Positions 55,799 through 64,000 of a stretch of 64,000 bases of DNA are shown in pieces. The translations under genes were made by a program, and so were the position numbers. Within the stretch, counting starts at the first letter, position 1. Each line of letters opens with the position of its first letter. The stretch comes from Eledone cirrhosa (lineage: Eukaryota): NCBI GenBank assembly GCA_964016885.1, contig OZ024741.1, positions 282,410,001-282,474,000 of the forward strand, in the 5' to 3' direction. Below the pieces are notes generated by a model. It was given only the letters and a program-made list of their open reading frames with translations. It was not told the origin of the DNA and did no database searches.

Positions 55799-55833
55799 TC
55801 TTCTGATGAAGGACTATGTCCGAAATATCAAGA
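55799..55833 (+). ncRNA. Minimal type I hammerhead ribozyme motif (PLE type)
   Basis: tctt-CUGAUGA-a-ggac(uau)gucc-GAAA-ua-UC-aaga. Confidence 0.75.
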
Positions 55834-55978
55834 CTCTTTTCCTGTTATTTCAAGTGTTAAACTAATATATCTTTAATGTACTGTGTTGCCTGCTTTGTTA
55901 TTTCCATTTACCTTTTACACACACATACACACACACATACACACACACACACACACAGATATATATATATATATATAT

Positions 55979-56661
55979 ATATGAATAAAGTTAGTCCTTC
56001 ATCAGTGATCTTCCAACCATCATTGGTATTTCATCGCTTTAAAGACCATATACCTCCGGTTGGTGCGAGCAACGGCTGAAAAAAGTCGTTGGGACACGTA
56101 AATAAAGGGGACACGAGAGTGTAAACAAATAAAGATGGTGAAGCAACGAAAAGTGAGGAAGAAGGAGTCAAGTCCCAAATTTCCATGAATATAAGTTCGG
56201 TGAAATCGTGAACGAGAGAGAATAAAGTCCATCAAACCTGGTTGAAATGTGAGCAAGGAAGGAATTCCGTACAGGTCTAACGGGAGGAAGAAGGGATCTA
56301 GTCTGTGAATTCGGTGAACGTAAGTTCTGTGAAATCTTAGACGAGAGAGAGAAAAAAAAACGACCTGCCTGACCAAGGGTGCGAAAGAAAAGAATTACGC
56401 AGGTTTGATGGTCTTTATTCTCTCTCGTTCACGATTTCATCGAACTTATATTCATGGAAATTTGGGACTTGACTCCTTCTTCCTCACTTTTCATTGCTTC
56501 ACCATCTTTATTTGTTTACACTCTCATGTCCCCTTTATTTACGTGTCCCAACGACTTTTTTTAGCCGTTGCTCGCACCAACCGGAGGTATATGGTCTTTA
56601 AAGCGATGAAATACCAATGATGGTTGGAAGATCACTGATGAAGGACTAACTTTATTCATAT
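55979..56661. repeat. 262-bp inverted repeat with a 159-bp spacer, flanked by (TA)n
   Basis: 55979-56240 versus 56400-56661; five mismatches counted by eye. Confidence 0.95.
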
Positions 56662-56725
56662 GTAACCCATTAGCAACCACGCAGCACGTTTATTCTCATA
56701 TTTACATATATATATATATATATAT

Positions 56726-57246
56726 ATGGCACTAGAAGAGGTAAATATTTAAATCGTATTTTAATTTATTTAAAAGATTGTTTAATGTTTACTTGCTCCG
56801 CTCATATTTACAGTTCTGGTATCTCAAATTAGTACCATGGAACAACCACTATTATAAACACCATATCTATTTCCATGGGTACTTAGTACCTACTGGAATA
56901 TCTATATCATTTATCTGAATTCTCCTTGTTGAGAATTCTCCTTGTTGAGAAAAAAATGTATCATGCTACTATTTCTAGTAACATGAAATATCAACTAGTC
57001 TATTATTCCTGCTCTTTCTAACGGCCCATTTGTGTGGTCGTCATTTTAACGGCTTGATTCATTCACTAGGCAGAAAGCGACACATCCACATCTACGTGGA
57101 TTTATATCTAGTAGGTTTGGAAAAGCTATCTGAAGAGCTATATCTTTCCATTGGTCATGGCACCGTTGGTCATGGCACTAGACGAGGTAAATATTTAAAT
57201 CGTATTTTAATTTATTTAAAAGATTGTTTAATGTTTACTTGTTCCA

Positions 57247-57253
<7 letters not shown>
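56726..57253. mobile_element. Non-coding element with 82-bp terminal direct repeats (period 446 bp) inside (TA)n
   Basis: 56726-56807 versus 57172-57253, three mismatches. Confidence 0.85.
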
Positions 57254-57314
<61 letters not shown>

Positions 57315-59199
57315 CACACACATATGAATGTATAGGTAGAGAGCCAATAATGAAGAATATTCCCAATGTGACAGGGTTCACAATAAACAGAAAAGAGACA
57401 AGAGTCATTTTCTGCTCCAGAATGTGTCCACACAATAAGCCAAGTTCCATGACCCAGCTAATATTGCTATTTCTCATTATTTGTGTACCAAATATCCAGT
57501 AAATGGAAAAAAAGAAAAATGAAATGAAGTGAAATGTATAGCTCACACCTATGAGATTGTTTATCAGATATTTTCACCCTTTAAACCAGCATTTAAACCA
57601 GCCGTATCCACCCAGAATTCTCTCACCTCTTTCTATTCAAACCGGCTGTAGCTGGCCACTGATACTGATGTTAAAGTATTGTTCTCAAAATAGATAATAT
57701 CAAAGTCTCAGATTCAATATTATGTGAAATAATTTTGTGAGGTAAAGCCTTTCCCGTGATAATATAATAGTAAATATAGAGTAATGTTAATGCTATAGGG
57801 TTAATAGTAGGGGCCCCAGTCCTATCAAGAAAAGCAATGTGAAATGAAGCATCTTGCTCAAGAACACAACACTCTGGTTGAGAAATCAAACCCATAACTT
57901 TATGATCCTGAGTCCAGTACCCTAACCACTACACCATGCACATTTACATATCTATGAGAAAGAAATATATGAACATAATCACATTTCCTTTCCCTGTAAA
58001 TCTGATATTAGAAATCAATATTTCTTTCTATCATTATACACTACAAAAATATCCTTGTTATATATTCCTCATCAAGAGAGGTGGGATGGTGATGGAAACT
58101 TGTAAGTACATTAACATACGTGATGTTAAAGGAAATGCTTTACAGCTGGGTGCACTTCTCATAAGGATGCCGATTATTCAACTATGACGTGGGAGGGGCC
58201 CCTATTTATATGATGGATAGAGCAAATAAGTCCTGTCGGGGCACAGAAAACAATGGCAGCAGAGTTTGAAAGTTCAACTTCATGAAACTGCAGGTTAGTT
58301 ACTCATTGTACACATATACATACATGTGTGCATGTGTGTACACACACATATATATACATACACACACACATATACATTCATGTGTATATGTGTATACACA
58401 CATATATATAAGTCATTTACAAAGTTATTTGTCTCAAATACTTAGACATCTCAAATATCCCCCCAAATTGAGATGTATGCAAAGAGAATAAAAGATCTAA
58501 TTATGTCATTAAGTAAAGTGAGAAGAAAAACTTCTTACTACAACAAAAATTAGCAGAATATTTTCCTGCTACCATATATGGAGAAATTGTAAGTAGAAGT
58601 AATGTGATTAAATATACAGATACAGAGGGTATCAATAATACTGGTAATAATTAAGGTTTCTGATTTAGGCACAAAGCCAACAATTTTGATGGGAGGGGAA
58701 AGTTGATAAAATCGCCCCCAGTGCATTACTAGTACTTTATTTTATCGACACCATAAGGATGAAAAGCAAAGTTAACCTTGGCGTGATTTGAAATCAGAAC
58801 GCAAAGGGCTGTAACTCTATGTTGCAGTAATTGTAATAATATAATAAGGTTAATATTTTCGAAGTAAGGAATAAAGGTAATCTGTTTGTTCTCATACAAA
58901 GGTATGAAATTTTCACTTTCCATTCCACTTATTACCATAAAGCTTTGGCACATTACTTCTAGTTACAATTTCTCCATTTCTCCATATATGATAACAGGAA
59001 AATATTCAACTAATTTAAAAAGAAAATTAGCCTTCAGATCTTTTCATAGCAAGAAGTTGTTCTTCCCAGTTCACTTAATGACATAATTAGATCTTTTACT
59101 CCCTTTGCATACATTTCACTGTATCTCAAGAGAACGTTTTCATATGTTACCTTTATGTCCTTTTTATTTTCTTAATCAATATTTGATCGTAATTTTCTT

Positions 59200-60500
59200 G
59201 AAATATTAACATCTGTGCTACGGAATTAATATATTTCAGTTTCAGAAGATCCTGCTTTAGGGTGAAAGCAGAAATTATTTACTTAAACTTTTTAACCTGT
59301 GCTAATAATAAATATTTGCTCTACGGGTTTATATATACAACCCTTATCAAGTTCTCTTTGGATTTTGGCCCATTTGGTAGAGAACTCTTCGGACTTAAAA
59401 TCACTATGCAGAAACCACATCTAAGTGTTTCTACAAAAATATTCCATACCAAACAGGAAGACATACTTGAAAATATTCATGACAATCTTTTCTACTTGTC
59501 ACTGACTCTCAGATTCCACAATGATGCATTGGTGTGCCTTTTATTTCTACCACCAGGATAAAGCTGATAAACACCAGGAAAATTTATAAAAACCCTCCAA
59601 GCAACCCACCTTTATTATTGTTCGAAATGGATGTACTTGAACTTATACATAATATCAAATTTAGAAAGAGAAGTAATCCTTTCCAACAGGATTTAAACAA
59701 TTGAATCCAATGAATAAAAGATTCTAATGCAGAGCATGTACACTCTGATAAAATAGGTGATTTATATCTATTCAAGAGGAGTATGTATCATCAATTGTTA
59801 CTTAATGCTTTTACAAAGATTCCCGAAAAACTGGAGTGCAATTAATGACGTCAATAACGCTGGTCTTAGAATCACTTCAGAATTAAACATCCTGGACTAT
59901 GTTACTCCTCATTTTACTCTGTAAGATCATAAACCAAATTTTGATAACAATCCCTCTATTGAGCTCATTAACGCCACTAGGGTTTGATTTAGGTTGGCTT
60001 AATAAAAAAGTTTTAGATAGAATTATACCCAAAATTAGAGATATGCCCCCACCCCTTCTCTTAGCTTTGTGGAATAATTCTTTTGCAGTGATTGATTGGT
60101 TTAAGGAATACTGCAGCTTTATTCAATTCGACATCAACTACTACTATTCTTCTGTCACCTTACCACTCCTAAGAGCTATTAGTTTTGCCAAAATGCTTAT
60201 GAAGATTAAGGATTCCTTAGTGGATGTCATTTTAAACACTCATAAGTCTATGATAAACTTTGACAACTCTATTTGGTTAACAAAATCAAATAGTACCCCA
60301 TTTGATGTGAGCATGGGAGCCAGCAATTCAGTGGAGGTCACAGACCTTATTAGTCTATTTTTACTATTCTCAATCAAAGATGAACTCCCTAATGTAGGTA
60401 GGGGTCTGTACTGAGGTGATGGTCTTTTGACTATGACTAAGTGAGAACCCAGAGCTATTGATAGGTTCAGAAAGGAGTATATTGCTTTTTTTTAAAGGTT
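59200..60500 (+). mobile_element. Decayed Penelope-like element, Naiad/Chlamys type (N-terminal region and RT)
   Basis: STKNIP-like start (with frameshift), ELIHNIKFRKRSNPFQQDL, VIDWFK, FIQFDINYYYSSV, FDVSMGASNSVEVTDLI, GLY*GDGL (expected GLYRDDGL). Confidence 0.8.
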
Positions 60501-63500
60501 TCAACTAGCCAAAACACTCATGGGTATATTTTTAAATATATATTTAAAACAGGACAGAGCCTCCTCGACTATGAGGCCCGAGGCTGCAACCCATTTAGCT
60601 TAAATGTTAATCTGCAACTGTATAAAGAATTAAAAACAAAGAAAATATTGTAAATTACTATTTATTCTGTTGTTATTACTGTCAGCTCCTTAATAGTGAA
60701 ATATGGCCTAAGAAATCTGAGAGCTAGTGACAAGTAGAAAGGACTGTGATGAGTATTACTTAGTCATGTCCATAATAAATTTGTAAGACAATAGAACTGG
60801 TTGGCTAAATTCAGAGAGAGGACTACAGTGGTACCAACAAGTGATTCAAGTGGATAATGAGTATCAAGAGTTGTTAATGTTTAATACAAAAGTAATGATT
60901 CAGCTGGGATGTGTTAGTAAAATTAACAAGTGATTAGTTGATAATATGAAATAGTATAAACTAAACTACAGACATCACATACAATCGAGTATGACTTAGT
61001 AGTATGTACGATGCTTTCATTAAAGGTTCTAGGTGCCCATGCAATCATGAGTAGACACAGAGATCCTCTCTCTCCTTTTACCCAGCAGATCATCCAGAAT
61101 GTGACAACTTGAAAGAGAGAGGGCTGCACCAGCATTGAGCTAGCACAAATATCTAACACTATAATGACACAGCCAAATCAACTACCATAATGAAAGAGTA
61201 TACTTTATACTACTCAATGTAACAATACTATATTTACAGCTGTGGAAATTGCAGTGTTTTGCTGTTTTATGAAAGAGGGTTGACATGGAAGCGTTGTACT
61301 GTGTACAAAAATTATTTGAGTGTGATGTGAAACATATTAAGAGCAGATTTGATGTAATTGAAACTTTGCTGACAATTATGAAAAATATATGAAATATCAA
61401 TTGTCTAATCCGTTTCTAAATTTTGGATATTGTTGCTTGAAAGAAAACCATAGAGACTGTATTTGTACAGAAGGCATATTCCACTGAAAAATATGCCCCG
61501 GCATATTACATTAAAAAAAAACATGAAAAGATCAAAACTGAAACGATATGGTTGTAAGATTTAAAAAAATCAAAGAAAGTGCAAGATGAAATGAACTGTA
61601 TGGAATGCTCTCTTGAACACAGCTTTTGTAAATTAATGGTAAAGTTAAATATGCCCTTATCAGCATGAAAAAAAGCTACAAATATATTAATATTTTGAGC
61701 TAACATTCATTTATCAACCCCAGAGGGATAAAAGGCAAAGTTAGCCTGAATGTAAAGGAGTGTAACAAAATACTGCATCGCATATAGTCCAATACTCTGC
61801 CCTTTATATCAGTACACCAACCTATTTTGAACTAATATAGAAAATATATCTCTAACATCCAATGAAACTAGCTCTATTTGTTACCTTCTTTATCTTTCAA
61901 CTTCAAAGTACTGCAGGCAATCAATAAGAACTCCCCCAAGACACCCCATTTCCAAAAGTGCCAATGTTCTGCATATCTATCTGCTTCAATTTCTCTTCAT
62001 TATGTCATATTTGATCTTTTTCAATTTGATATATGTTGAAGTTTCTATGATGTGGCTTTCTTAAGATATGATCACTCAACAGCTATCTATTTCTCTTAAT
62101 CAGCAGTCTGGTTGCTCCTTTGCCACAATAAATGCCTGACCACTCATAGATCAATTTTTGATGCAAATATTTATTAGTAATTGATTTATAGTTGTAGAAG
62201 GCCATAAAACTGCTTTCAAAATACTGACCAGATTTAATTCTTTCTTAGCATAGGTTAAATTTTAGTTCGTTCTTATATGAAAGACAGCATTTTATACAGC
62301 CAATGTATATCTCTAGTCTTGATAGATAAGTAATTTACAAGAAAAGATATGTTTTTTTTTCAGTGGCTAACTTGGTAGACAGACTAAGACCTGTTTTCCA
62401 CTTATATTAAATTAAAAATTAGAACTAAGAACAGAGTATGATCTCAATTCATATACGAGGACATAATCTGCTTAATAGATATTAAAAGTTATTTATTTCT
62501 TTGTTGTTGTTGTAATTGTGAGTGCTATTTTATGTATGTTTAATGAAAAGAGATTGAGTTTATCTGTGAAGAACAGAAACTACCATGGCAACAAACAACA
62601 TTGAATTAGACAACATAAAATTGAAAAATAAATTGTTTTTATAATTATATAAAACATTAATTTAACAAAACAATAACAATAACAACAATAATAATGGTTT
62701 CTGATTTAGGCACAAGGCCAACAATTTTGGAGGAGGGGACTCCAGTACATTACCGGTGCCTTATTTTATCAACCCTGTAAGGATGAAAGGCAAAGCTAAC
62801 CTCAATGGTATTTGAACACAGAATGTAAAGAGCCGTAACTCTATGTTGTAAAGCATGTTGTCTGATGCCCTACTGATACTGCCAATCCAACAATATTAAT
62901 AATAATGGTTTCTGATTTAGGCACAGGGCCAGCAATTTGGGGGGAGCGGAAAATCTATTAAATTGACCTCGGTGTGTGACTGGCACTTTATTTTATCAAC
63001 CCCATAAGGATGAAAAGCAAAGCTAACCTCAGTGGGATTTGAACTCAGAATGAAAAGAGCTGTAAGTCTATGCTCTACCAAAACTGCCACACCACCACCC
63101 TAATAATAACAATATTAATAATAATAACAACAAATAATAAAGAAAATGCTGTATATACAAAGTAGAAGATAACAAGTAGGCTGAGGGCCTCAAGCATTTT
63201 ATGCCATTATGAACAATATAACAATGGTGTATTCAGAAGAATAATAAATTTATCTGGCTAATAAAAAGAAAACCAAGTAAAATAAATAAGATCATTAAAA
63301 AACAAACCCCCCATCCGTCTTCCCTGGCTTTTTAGTTAAAGATAAAATTATATACCATTTCATACTGGTTTGGTGTAGCAACAGCTACTTTTGTTTCAGT
63401 TAGGATTATAGTTCAAGTTGAACTGAAAACAAAAACAGAGTTGAAATCCGCTTATATGAATAGAAAAGTCAACTTCCCTCCCCTAGAAAATGACAGCAGA

Positions 63501-64000
63501 CTTGTGTATAGACCAATAGTCTTAATCTTATACACGTGTCTATATATTTATTACTTGCTCTTTATAATTCAGTGCATGTGTAATAAGAAAAAAATGCTGT
63601 TTAATTTAAAATATATATATGATGGACTCTTCCGTCGATCTCAACATATGAGTGTCCAGCAGCTTTAGCTTCCTTGGTTGATGGATGTCTATCTCTCATG
63701 TGACACTTAAGTCCTATCAAAGACTTCCAAACATAACCACACAGAGTACAAGAGTGTAGGTGTGGTCATTTTATCTGCTAGAAACAGCAGCCAAATCTGT
63801 CTTCAATTAATATTATCTAGCATAGGTATTTAAACTTCAAACTGGAGCCAGTTATTTAAAACCTCCTTACACAACTACACAGAGAAACATATATATATAT
63901 ACACCAGGTCCGAACACAAATGAACCAAACTCCCACTGTCACTGCCTCCCGCTCTCCCCATCTTTCACTATTGTGAGCAAATGGGGGCCCATGCGCTGGC

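Noticed and set aside
56020-56620. Duplicated peptide ORFs (56020-56376 minus, 56405-56620 plus)
   Set aside because: By-product of the inverted repeat; no protein-like features
56600-56650. Permuted (type II) hammerhead in the inverted-repeat arm
   Set aside because: Stem III and the cleavage triplet do not fit

Overview
AT-rich eukaryotic (animal) DNA, not prokaryotic. The repeat content (RTE LINEs with (GAT)n tails, tRNA-derived SINEs with a Meta-type core, long (TA)n tracts) is what I would expect from a coleoid cephalopod such as Octopus; this is an inference. The window reads as intronic or intergenic DNA packed with transposons: several RTE LINE copies (one with an uninterrupted ~1038-codon APE-RT ORF carrying a PHD-type finger inside the RT region), a decayed near-full-length R4/Dong element in an (AAT)n tract, a CR1-like copy, CRE-like fragments, a decayed Naiad/Chlamys-type Penelope-like element (PLE), a non-autonomous Helitron, piggyBac-, Tigger- and mariner-type MITEs, and many SINEs. 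One good host-gene exon candidate lies on the minus strand (14152-14273, possibly an ADAM-type prodomain). The most interesting signal is a set of short non-coding elements in or next to (TA)n tracts that carry hammerhead-ribozyme cores, fold-back hairpins, a 262-bp inverted repeat or a 1.2-mer direct-repeat layout, suggesting a PLE-mobilised, retrozyme-like system. Most short ORFs in the track are microsatellite or antisense artefacts. All family assignments come from motif recognition, not database searches.
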